DNA of 64,000 bases from Myxococcota bacterium. Its GTDB lineage: Bacteria; Myxococcota; UBA4151. The notes below the pieces were generated by a model. The model worked only from the letters and a program-made list of their open reading frames with translations, was not told the DNA's origin and made no database searches. The stretch's first letter is position 1. Every line of letters starts with the position of its first letter. Below, in pieces: positions 55,623-64,000 of the stretch. Made by a program: the position numbers and the translations under genes. The stretch covers positions 1 through 64,000 of the forward strand of contig JAYZBQ010000009.1 of the NCBI GenBank assembly GCA_036338695.1. Direction: 5' to 3'.

Positions 55623-58600
55623 ATGCGCTGGACAACGGTCTTCCTCATCAGCTTATTTCTGCCGACTCAGGCGATGGCGCTGACCATGGACAGCGCGCCC
55701 GGCTTTGTCCTGAGCCGAGTCAACGCGCTGATCAAGGGCACGGTACGCAGCGGCTCGATCTCGTATTCGGGTGCTGATGGCTTAGTGCTCCGGCAAGCCG
55801 AACTCCTCGACCCGCGCGGTCGGCTGGTGCTCTCTGCGCAGCGAATTCAAGTCCGCGTCGGGCTGCTCGACCTGCTCAAGTCAACGGTCGTCATCCAAGA
55901 AGTGAGCGTCAAGGGCCTGCACGCCAAAGCCAGCGAAGGCGCAACCGGTCAGCTCAACCTGCTCGAGGCCGTCGCGCTCAACCAACCGAGCACGAGCGAT
56001 GCGTCGAGCGGCGGCGGCCTTCGCATCAAGAAGTTGAGGCTGAGCAGCAGCTCCGTGGGGCTCGACCTGCAGGCGATGAACCTGCGCATCGAGGACATCA
56101 ACCTGAGCGGCAGCTTAGAGGCTTCCAACTCATTCAACGCGGACCTGCAGCTCTCGACGGGGCGCACGCGCATCAAACAGCCCGGGCGCGGCGCCGCCAC
56201 GGTGGATCTGTCCTTACCGGGTCTGCGCATCAAGCAGCTCGGCGTCGGCACGCACACACTGCGGATCAGCGGCGCAAAAATCCGAATCGACCGTCAACAC
56301 GTGCTCAGCTTGGGCGGCTTACTGCGCCCTTCAGCGGGGCGTATCGACCTGAAACTCGGCGGCAAAATTCCCGACGGCTGGCTCCAGAGCATCTTGCCCG
56401 TCCACGGCAAAAGCGTCCCCGAGATGACGCAGGTCGCCTTGGACGTGCACCTCGGAGGTAAACTCAGCAGCCCACAGATCGGGGTGTCGATCAACGCGCA
56501 GCGCTTGGTTTTACCGGGCGCAGCGCCCACCGTTCGTAACGTTCAGTTCGCCGGACTGCTCAGGGGCAGCGACCTGTCGGTGAGGTCCTTGAACGGCGAC
56601 GCCTACGGCGGCAAGCTGCGCCTTCAAGGCGACCTGAAACTGAGCAGCCCGAGCTCGCTTAACGGCGAGCTGCGCTTGATCGACTGCAACCTCAGCGACG
56701 TGCACCCGTCGCTGGAGAGCTATGGTGGTCGCTTCACTGGGCGTGCGCTGATCTCAGGTACGCTCGCGCTCAACGATGCGCAGCCCCTCTCGATCCGTCT
56801 GCGGGGGCGGCTCAAGGGCACGCAGGTCCCGTCAATCGGCCGCCGAACCGCCGATCTCGACCTCCTGATCTTGCAAGGCGAATCGACCCGCATCATGCCC
56901 AGCCAAGTGCTGATCGACGACAACACGCTGAGCTTTCAAGGGCTCGTTTCTCCTAAGGTTGACCTGAGCTTTCGTGCTCAGCTGACACGCGCTCGTCGGC
57001 TCCTAAAATCCTTTGGCGCAGACCGCATCCCACGGAGCCTGACGGCGAGCGGCCGGTTGCGGCTGGAGCCGCGCCTACGGCTCGACTTCCGGCTCAAAGC
57101 CCTCCCCTACACCTTCGCCGGTCAGGCGATCGGAGCGATCCAAGCGTCGGGTCACCTCGGCCCCACAGCGCTGCACCTCAAGTCGCTCAACACCGAGCTC
57201 AACAGCGCGCCGCTTTCCGCTAAGATACGGCTCCCGTTTAGCAACCCAAAGAAGCCGATCGGCCGGCTGACCCTCGATGAGTACGAGCTACCGGGACAAG
57301 CCGGTACGGCGAGCCTTGAGCTCGCGTCAGACCCCGAGGGCAACTGGCAAGGCAACCTGATGATCGGCGCGCTCAAAGCGGGGCAGCTTGCGCTCGGTGA
57401 CCTCGAGGTTTTGCTCGCGTACGACGGTCAGCGGGCCGAGCTGCGCGCGCTGGATTGGGACGAGGGCCCTGGCATCCTCTCGGGTGCTATCGGAGTCCAT
57501 CTTGAGACCCTCAAAACCGACGGTCACTTCGACCTGTTTATCGATCAAACCGGCCTTGAGCTCCTCGCCGGGTCGCAGTTCAAGGGGCGTGCGCAGGTGC
57601 GGATCGAGCCGAAGGGCAAGCTCAGCGAGCCGGCGGCGCGGATCGTCACCTCCTTTAGCGGGCTCAGCATCCAGGGGATTCCGATTCGAGACGGTCAGCT
57701 CACGCTGGCCGGAACGCCCGACTCGCTCGGCGGCGTCCTCACGACGCAGGGCAACGGGACAGGGCGAGGCTCCGTGCGGCTCACCGAGCGCTTTGAGCGC
57801 CTCGACGTCAACTTCAAGCTCACCGCGTTTCGCCTCGAGTCGCTGCCGATCGACCTACCGGGGCTTGAAGCGCTCGCTGACATCGACCTGCGCCTGAGCG
57901 GACCGCTCGGTCAACCCGAGGGCGAGATCCAGATTGGGATACGCGACGTCGCAGTCGATGATCGGCTCGTGGGCAGCGGGCGAGGGCGTATCACGACGCA
58001 GATTGAGCGCGGCGCCGTGACCACAGACCTCGACCTGCTCGGCTGGATCACGGGGACCGTCTCCACGGGGTACCCTGCGCTCGATCCGATCGAAGCCAAG
58101 CTCGCCATCGAAGCGGACGGTCTGCAATGGGTGATCCCGGGGCTCGCCGGCGGCGGGACCGAGATCGACCTGAGCGCTCGCGCCCTGCTCGGCTTGCGAC
58201 AAGGTGAGCCCGAAGCGAGCGTGGTGATCCAGCGAGTACGTATCGGCAATCCCGGGCTCTGGGAGGAAGAGCTCGAGAACGACGGTGACCTGGTGATGGG
58301 GTTTTCGGGCGGTCGCGCGCGGTGCGAGCGCCTGCTCCTAAAGATGGGTAAGGGCACCGCGGAGCTGCGCGGGTGGATCGAGACGGACTCGCCGCGCGCA
58401 CGCGCCAACCTTCACTTTAACAGCAGCCTCCCGATCGAGCTGCTGCAGCTGCTCGACCCCCGCTTCTCGCTGACACGCGGACGCGTCCGAGCGACGGGCA
58501 GTATGCGAGGCTACTGGCGCGACAACCCGCGGCTCATCGCCGAGATCGAGCCCGACCCCGGCACGACCTTTGTCCACTCGCTCTACCCGCGTCAGGTCAC

Positions 58601-59831
58601 CCTCGCTGGCGGGCTGATCCGTCTTGAGGATCAGCTGGTCCTGGTCGAAGACCTCCGCATTGAGAGCGGAAGCGGCGAGATCCAACTCGGGGGCTCGGTC
58701 GGGCTCGAAGCCTTCCAGCCCGCCGCGCTCGATCTGCGGCTCGGGGTCACCAACCTGCTCCTGCGCCAGGAGGATCAATACGTCGAATTCTCCTCGGATC
58801 TCGAAGCGACGGGCCCCATCGACAGTGCCCGGATCCAAGGTCAACTCTCGATCCTCGGAGGGAAGATCGAGCAAGAGCTGAACATCACTAACTTTGTGTT
58901 CTCGACCCACCAAGAGGGCGCCGGTCCGTCGCTCGCAGAGCGCTTAGGGCGCTTCGCCTCGACCGAGCTCGACATCGAAGTCACGAGCGCCGCGGGGCTA
59001 CAAATCAACGCAGGGCTCCCGCTCTTTCAGATCCAGGTCCGCCCGACCCTCGACCTACGCCTCGTCGGTCAACTGGCTGAGATCGGCGTCCAGGGCGTCG
59101 TCGAGGTCGAAGAAGGCAACGGCGAGATCATCTTCCCCGAGGCGGCGTTCGTGATCGACAACGCCACGGTGGACCTCAGCCAAGATCCGTACTTCGTGAG
59201 CCTCAATTCGATCTGGGAGTACGTGCCTCGCCGGCAACAAAATAACGAACAAGATGATGTCATCACGCTCCAGCTCGGGATCAACGGGCCGATTGATCGA
59301 ATGGAGCTCCAGCTCGAGGCGCCCGACTACCCCGACCTCACGCGCCCTCAGCTCCTTGGTATGCTGGCGCGCGGGCAAACGCCCGATCTCCTGATCGGTC
59401 AAAACCTTGCGGATGATGGCGGCGACGGCAGCTACAGCGACGTCGCCTTGCGCCTGCTGACCGGGCAGATGTTTAAGCGCTTTGAGCGCGAGCTCGAGCG
59501 CGTCTTTAAAGAGACCTTCTCCCTGCCCCTAGACGCCGCCATCGACCTGGGCGTGGACACCTTACGAATGCAGGGCATCGTCAACCTCACCGACCGTTTT
59601 GAGGTCGCTGGCGAGACCGAGATCTTTCTCGGGAGCGAGGACAGCGACGCGGTCGATGACAGCCAGAGCGCGACCTCGACCAGCAACGACCGGCAGAGCT
59701 TACGCGGCACCTTTGTGCTCTCGGACGCTTGGCGCGCCGAGGCGGACCTGCGCAGTGGTTACCGCAGTGATGAGAGCGGGTCGATGCTCGAGCTCTTGCT
59801 CAATCTCCACTGGAGGTTGTGGGCGCGATGA
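55623..59831 (+). CDS. TamB/AsmA-family (DUF490-like) beta-taco protein
   Basis: N-terminal anchor, AsmA-like start (VLSAQRIQVRVGLLDLL), long beta-rich body, C-terminal ITLQLGINGP...PDLTRPQLLGMLARG; adjacent to an Omp85 gene. Confidence 0.8.
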   Translation: MRWTTVFLISLFLPTQAMALTMDSAPGFVLSRVNALIKGTVRSGSISYSGADGLVLRQAELLDPRGRLVLSAQRIQVRVGLLDLLKSTVVIQEVSVKGLHAKASEGATGQLNLLEAVALNQPSTSDASSGGGLRIKKLRLSSSSVGLDLQAMNLRIEDINLSGSLEASNSFNADLQLSTGRTRIKQPGRGAATVDLSLPGLRIKQLGVGTHTLRISGAKIRIDRQHVLSLGGLLRPSAGRIDLKLGGKIPDGWLQSILPVHGKSVPEMTQVALDVHLGGKLSSPQIGVSINAQRLVLPGAAPTVRNVQFAGLLRGSDLSVRSLNGDAYGGKLRLQGDLKLSSPSSLNGELRLIDCNLSDVHPSLESYGGRFTGRALISGTLALNDAQPLSIRLRGRLKGTQVPSIGRRTADLDLLILQGESTRIMPSQVLIDDNTLSFQGLVSPKVDLSFRAQLTRARRLLKSFGADRIPRSLTASGRLRLEPRLRLDFRLKALPYTFAGQAIGAIQASGHLGPTALHLKSLNTELNSAPLSAKIRLPFSNPKKPIGRLTLDEYELPGQAGTASLELASDPEGNWQGNLMIGALKAGQLALGDLEVLLAYDGQRAELRALDWDEGPGILSGAIGVHLETLKTDGHFDLFIDQTGLELLAGSQFKGRAQVRIEPKGKLSEPAARIVTSFSGLSIQGIPIRDGQLTLAGTPDSLGGVLTTQGNGTGRGSVRLTERFERLDVNFKLTAFRLESLPIDLPGLEALADIDLRLSGPLGQPEGEIQIGIRDVAVDDRLVGSGRGRITTQIERGAVTTDLDLLGWITGTVSTGYPALDPIEAKLAIEADGLQWVIPGLAGGGTEIDLSARALLGLRQGEPEASVVIQRVRIGNPGLWEEELENDGDLVMGFSGGRARCERLLLKMGKGTAELRGWIETDSPRARANLHFNSSLPIELLQLLDPRFSLTRGRVRATGSMRGYWRDNPRLIAEIEPDPGTTFVHSLYPRQVTLAGGLIRLEDQLVLVEDLRIESGSGEIQLGGSVGLEAFQPAALDLRLGVTNLLLRQEDQYVEFSSDLEATGPIDSARIQGQLSILGGKIEQELNITNFVFSTHQEGAGPSLAERLGRFASTELDIEVTSAAGLQINAGLPLFQIQVRPTLDLRLVGQLAEIGVQGVVEVEEGNGEIIFPEAAFVIDNATVDLSQDPYFVSLNSIWEYVPRRQQNNEQDDVITLQLGINGPIDRMELQLEAPDYPDLTRPQLLGMLARGQTPDLLIGQNLADDGGDGSYSDVALRLLTGQMFKRFERELERVFKETFSLPLDAAIDLGVDTLRMQGIVNLTDRFEVAGETEIFLGSEDSDAVDDSQSATSTSNDRQSLRGTFVLSDAWRAEADLRSGYRSDESGSMLELLLNLHWRLWAR

Positions 59832-62800
59832 TCGCTTGGTCTATCCTCTGGCTCGCTGCGCCGACGCTCGAGCTCATCTTTGAGCCCGAGCTGCCAGCCC
59901 CTCAAGCGGCGGCGGTGCGACGATACGTCCAGAGCGCCGGGCTGGATGGGCAAGCGACTCAAGTGATCGCGCGCCTCAAGGACTACATCGAAAAACTCGA
60001 CCGCTTCACAGCGCCTCAATGCACGGTGAACAAAGGGGTCTACCGCTGCCTCATGAGCGAGAGCCCTCGCATTGCGGACTTGTTGATCACGGGCGACATC
60101 CCCTTTGGAATTCTCCGCAGCGACCTTGAGCGCCGCTCGAGCCTGCGCTCGGGTCGTCGGCTTCCCGCCGACGAGTTTGGACGCGCCGAGCAGCCTTATG
60201 CGGAGCTGTTCCAAAAAATTAGTCGGCGCTTGGCGCGCTTTATCGACGAGCGCGGCTACCACGGCACTGCGGTGAGCGTCTCAAAGGAGCCACACCCGCG
60301 TGGCGCCGGCTGGTGTCAGATCCGCCTGCACGTCAAGCTCGGCACCCGGCTACGCTGGGGAGTACTCGAGATCGCTGGCGTCCCGCGCGACGAGGCTATG
60401 GCGATGCAACAGCGCCTCCGAGGCATCGGCGGTGATTTTCGCGCCGACATCCTGCGCGAGCGGATCGCCAAGGAGGAGGAGAACCTCCGTCAAAGCGGCT
60501 ACGTCGAGGCGAGCGTTGACCTGCAGATCGAACGAGACGGTGGCGTCGTCAACGGGCGCCTCCATGTCAGCCGCGGTCTTCGCCTCCAGGTCCAGTTTCA
60601 AGGGGAGCTCAAGCTCGACATCAAGCGGCTGCGCGAAGCGCTCACCTTTGCGTCCTCACGAGCGGTCAACGATGATCAAATCGCTCAGAGCATCCAGGCG
60701 CTCAAAAACTTGTATCAAGCGCGCGGGTACTTCCGACCCACGATCCGCGCCGAGGACCCTCAACTCGCCGCGATCGACGCCCAAGAGAAAGCGCTCAAAC
60801 GTAAGATCGTGCGGGTCCGCAGGACCTACCGAGGCAAAGTCAAAGAGCGGCGGCGAGAGCTCGCGAAAATTGCCAGTAAGCGCCAAGAATTGCGGCTGAT
60901 CCGGCGACAGATTGCGGCGCAATCGCGCGAGTTTCGGCGCCTCGTCTTTCACATCAAGGCCGGTCAGATCGGGCGCTGCGAATCCGTCCACGTGGCCGGG
61001 ATCCCCAAGCCCCTTGAGCGTGCGCTTTTGAGCGAGGCGATCTTGGGCACCAAACCCCCCGAACTCGGCCGTCACGACGGTCGGCTCGTCGACAGCGTGC
61101 TCCAAGAGGACGAGGCGCGCATCGCCGGGTTCCTCGAGAACAGGGGCTGGCTGGTCAGCCACGTCGAGGCGCAGCTACTGGTTCAGCCCTCATCGCAGGT
61201 GCGGGTGCACTTCGTGGTCCGCGCCAGCCCGCCGACCTACATCCGCTCCATCTCGCTTGTCGGCGTCTCGGATGGGGAACAAGACGACTGGGATGACGAA
61301 GACGATGAGGCGGACGACGCCGCGCCGGGCGAAGACCTCTACAGCCCGCTGCTCGAGGCTTTGCAGATCCAAGCGGGCTCACCGCTCCTCGAGAACACCG
61401 CCGAACTCCTTCGTGATCGGACGCTCAAATTTTACCGCCGGCGCGGCTACCCAGGGACCGAAGTGGACGTCCAGATGGGGCTTACGGGCGACGGAGCTCA
61501 ATTTCGCCTCATCGTCCAAGAAGGCAAGCGAGTGGTCTACGGCGGCTTGATCCTGAGCGGCTGCCACCGCACGCAGCGCGCGCTCGTCCTCGCAGCTTTT
61601 CGTGAGGCTAAGGTCGGCGAGCCCTTTAACCCACAAGTCTTCGCCAAAGCGGCTGCGATCGTGCGAAGCTGGCGCGTGTTTCGGCGGGTCCGCTTACGCT
61701 ACCTAGGGCTCGCAGAGCAACGCAACGAGGTCTTTGTCGACGTGAGCGTCGATGAAGGGGTCAGCCAGACCCTCGATCTGACCTTCGGTTACTCGATCGA
61801 GGACCATTTTCAGACGACCTTATCGTGGCGTGACCGCAACCTGCTCGGGCGGGCATGGCACCTCGAGACCCGTGGTATTTTCGGGCTCTTTATCGGACGC
61901 CGCTCGGAGCTACGCGGCGCGCTCAAACTGCCCCGGCTCCTCGGACCGAACACCGATTTAAGCCTTGAACCGAAGGTGTACTACCGTGAACCCAACCGCC
62001 CCTTCCCACGCCTAGGGCGGGTCTCGTTCACGCTGGATGAAGATCAAGATCTTATCCTCAAGGGTGTGGTCAAAGTCGCCCATCGCTTTAGCCGATTCTC
62101 GACGCTCATCGCCAACTACACCTACGCGCTCGATCGCGACATCAACCAAGGCATCTTGTCGGCGGTACGCACCGGCGCCACCTCGCTCGAGGGCAACTGG
62201 CTGCGGGTCGATAACCCCTTTAATCCCAAGCGCGGCGTCCACCTCAAAGGGACGCTCAAGTACGCCTCGCCATGGCTGGCAGGTGACGCCAATTTTGTCT
62301 CGGCGGTGGGCCACGGCACACTGTACCTCCCCGTGGGGCGAAACACGCTCGCGGCGAACCTGCGCGGCGGCTCGCTGCTCGAGCTCGAGGGCTCGCGCGC
62401 CATCGCCGGCTCGGACCTCTTTCGGCTCGGGGGCGAGCGCACCATACGCGGGTTTGCGCTGGATTCGATCCGACTCTTTCGGGACGAAGACATCGACCTC
62501 TCGTCCGGTCGCGACGGGCACGGGACGCGCTTTGTCTCATCCTCCGTCGAGCTGCGCATTCCCTTGGGCGCGCAGCGCGCCGACAGCGGCTTTGGTATGA
62601 CCGTCTTCTCGGACCTCGGCCTCATCGCCGCGGACGACTTCGGCGAACCCTTCAGCGCCAGCATGGGCTGGAGTAACGGCGTCGCCGCCAATTACGTCCT
62701 CCCGATCGGTCCCGTTGGCCTCGTGATCGCTCACCAAACGATCCGGCCAAGACAACCCAGCGGTGTGGGTCGCCCGAATCGCTCCGAATACCAGATGGTG

Positions 62801-62854
62801 CCCGTCCTACCGGGACGAATCGGCTACCACATCTCCATGGGCTATATCTTCTGA
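59828..62854 (+). CDS. Omp85 (BamA/TamA) family outer-membrane protein with POTRA domains
   Basis: ATGA overlap with tamB; POTRA repeats (LYQARGYF, FYRRRGYP, GCHRTQ); DRNLLGRA; DNPFNPKRG; LGGERTIRGF; PIGPV; terminal HISMGYIF. Confidence 0.88.
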   Translation: MIAWSILWLAAPTLELIFEPELPAPQAAAVRRYVQSAGLDGQATQVIARLKDYIEKLDRFTAPQCTVNKGVYRCLMSESPRIADLLITGDIPFGILRSDLERRSSLRSGRRLPADEFGRAEQPYAELFQKISRRLARFIDERGYHGTAVSVSKEPHPRGAGWCQIRLHVKLGTRLRWGVLEIAGVPRDEAMAMQQRLRGIGGDFRADILRERIAKEEENLRQSGYVEASVDLQIERDGGVVNGRLHVSRGLRLQVQFQGELKLDIKRLREALTFASSRAVNDDQIAQSIQALKNLYQARGYFRPTIRAEDPQLAAIDAQEKALKRKIVRVRRTYRGKVKERRRELAKIASKRQELRLIRRQIAAQSREFRRLVFHIKAGQIGRCESVHVAGIPKPLERALLSEAILGTKPPELGRHDGRLVDSVLQEDEARIAGFLENRGWLVSHVEAQLLVQPSSQVRVHFVVRASPPTYIRSISLVGVSDGEQDDWDDEDDEADDAAPGEDLYSPLLEALQIQAGSPLLENTAELLRDRTLKFYRRRGYPGTEVDVQMGLTGDGAQFRLIVQEGKRVVYGGLILSGCHRTQRALVLAAFREAKVGEPFNPQVFAKAAAIVRSWRVFRRVRLRYLGLAEQRNEVFVDVSVDEGVSQTLDLTFGYSIEDHFQTTLSWRDRNLLGRAWHLETRGIFGLFIGRRSELRGALKLPRLLGPNTDLSLEPKVYYREPNRPFPRLGRVSFTLDEDQDLILKGVVKVAHRFSRFSTLIANYTYALDRDINQGILSAVRTGATSLEGNWLRVDNPFNPKRGVHLKGTLKYASPWLAGDANFVSAVGHGTLYLPVGRNTLAANLRGGSLLELEGSRAIAGSDLFRLGGERTIRGFALDSIRLFRDEDIDLSSGRDGHGTRFVSSSVELRIPLGAQRADSGFGMTVFSDLGLIAADDFGEPFSASMGWSNGVAANYVLPIGPVGLVIAHQTIRPRQPSGVGRPNRSEYQMVPVLPGRIGYHISMGYIF

Positions 62855-63696
62855 TGACCTCATCGCACGACCCAGGCTCTCAACGGCTCGGGCTCAGTTT
62901 TGATCAGATCGGGGTCTTGGATCTACCGGGCGTCCGACGCTACACACCGGCGGCGCTCGACCTACCCCCGTGTGACCACCTCGAGCCCGAGGTGCTCGCC
63001 GTCGCTCGACGAGGGTGGGAGGATCGGCTCCGCTCCGAGTACGTTGGCGTGATGGTGATGCGCAAGTTTCACGGCTTGCTCGTCGACCTCAACGCGCCCA
63101 TGGACCTTCAAGAAGTCGCGCTCATCCTCACCCTCCAAGAACAGTCGCACACGCGCCTGTGCGCCGACATCGCAGACCACCTGGGCAGCGACAACCACCT
63201 AGGCTTTGAGCTCGAGGAGCTGCAACAAGCGCGCAGCGGTGAGCCGCTCGATGAACAGCTGTGGTCCATGCTGCTCGGGACCTTCATTTGCGGCGAAGGG
63301 ATCGCCTTTGAGCTGCTCAAATTTTGCCTCAAAAGGCTCCCCAAAACGCCCTACACCGAGGCGTTACGAGCGATCGCACGCGACGAGGTGCTGCACGCAA
63401 CGCTCGGTCTCAAGCTGCTCGATAAGCTGCGCCGTCACCCCTCGGCGTGGATCGATTATCCCGGCGATGCCTGGGTGACGAAGCGGCTGCGCGCTCAGCT
63501 TACAGCGATGCGAGGTCGCGACGTCGTCGAACACGACGAAGCCCGCTTCTTTGAGGTCCCGAACGCAGCGACTGAACTCGAAGCCCTCGGGATCCCTGAC
63601 AGTCGAGCGTTTGTTCGGTGCTACCACGAGGCGATCGATGACGCGATCCCAAGCCAGCTTGCGACGTTGGGCATCGACCTCAACCGAGGATCATGA
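62854..63696 (+). CDS. Ferritin-like diiron-carboxylate protein
   Basis: E(SEY)...QEQSH and E(GEG)...RDEVLH paired E...ExxH motifs; TGATG-coupled to Omp85. Confidence 0.75.
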   Translation: MTSSHDPGSQRLGLSFDQIGVLDLPGVRRYTPAALDLPPCDHLEPEVLAVARRGWEDRLRSEYVGVMVMRKFHGLLVDLNAPMDLQEVALILTLQEQSHTRLCADIADHLGSDNHLGFELEELQQARSGEPLDEQLWSMLLGTFICGEGIAFELLKFCLKRLPKTPYTEALRAIARDEVLHATLGLKLLDKLRRHPSAWIDYPGDAWVTKRLRAQLTAMRGRDVVEHDEARFFEVPNAATELEALGIPDSRAFVRCYHEAIDDAIPSQLATLGIDLNRGS

Positions 63697-63731
63697 TAGG
63701 GTTCGACGCCCTCGCTACCTGGAGTGCCCCC

Positions 63732-64000
63732 GTGAAGAAACAACGCACGCTGATCATCGGAGGCGGTCTACTCTTTGGCAGCGGCTGCAGCGGCGAAGCA
63801 CCCGAGCCGCCGGTCGTCACGCCGGACGCAGGCACAACCGCCGATTCAGGCGTGAGCGCCGATGCAGGGTTATCGCCCGCGGATACGGGCTCTATCGCAG
63901 ACTCGGGTCCTTTACTGGACTCGGGCGTCGTGACGGCGGACAGCGGCACCCCGGATGCAGGGTCTGCACCACCCGACGCAGGCGCACCAGCAGCTCCGCC
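63732..64000 (+). CDS. Lipoprotein with D[AST]G linker (runs off right edge; not in ORF track)
   Basis: GGAG then GTG: MKKQRTLIIGGGLLFGSGCSGEAPEPPVVTPDAGTTADSGVSADAG..., open to the window end. Confidence 0.7.
   Translation, partial: MKKQRTLIIGGGLLFGSGCSGEAPEPPVVTPDAGTTADSGVSADAGLSPADTGSIADSGPLLDSGVVTADSGTPDAGSAPPDAGAPAAP

Overview
High-GC bacterial chromosome segment, very likely from a member of Myxococcota. This rests on myxobacterial Cys-rich repeats, a MYXO-CTERM-like tail, D[AST]G-linker lipoproteins and a Haliangium-type microcompartment. About 48 CDS and two tRNAs (Arg-CCG, Ala-GGC) are present; no mobile element, CRISPR array or rRNA was seen. Main blocks in order: (1) 1-5.7 kb operon of four LPP20-like lipoproteins plus FlgT/CsgG-like and DUF6175-like proteins, a candidate non-flagellar outer-membrane ring or scaffold system; (2) lipase and IPT/TIG surface-protein operon; (3) dapD-dapE coupled to a Btu/FecBCD-type ABC importer; (4) HEAT lipoprotein, class III cyclase-AAA-TPR protein, PpiD; (5) moaA and a five-gene HO-type bacterial microcompartment operon (BMC-T, BMC-H, BMC-P, acylating aldehyde dehydrogenase, BMC-T) coupled to an unknown membrane-anchored protein; (6) a 2.5-kaa adhesin with 22 cadherin-like repeats that is almost free of lysine; (7) a lidless Hsp70, TPR lipoprotein and nadD; (8) a swivel-first aconitase, M16 protease, DsbA, YtkA-like protein and a cytochrome c/FMN-binding-like fusion that appears to have lost its cofactor motifs; (9) yidD, a 13-repeat Cys-rich lipoprotein, uvrB, tamB, an Omp85 protein and a ferritin-like protein. 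All calls come from reading motifs by eye; no database search was run.
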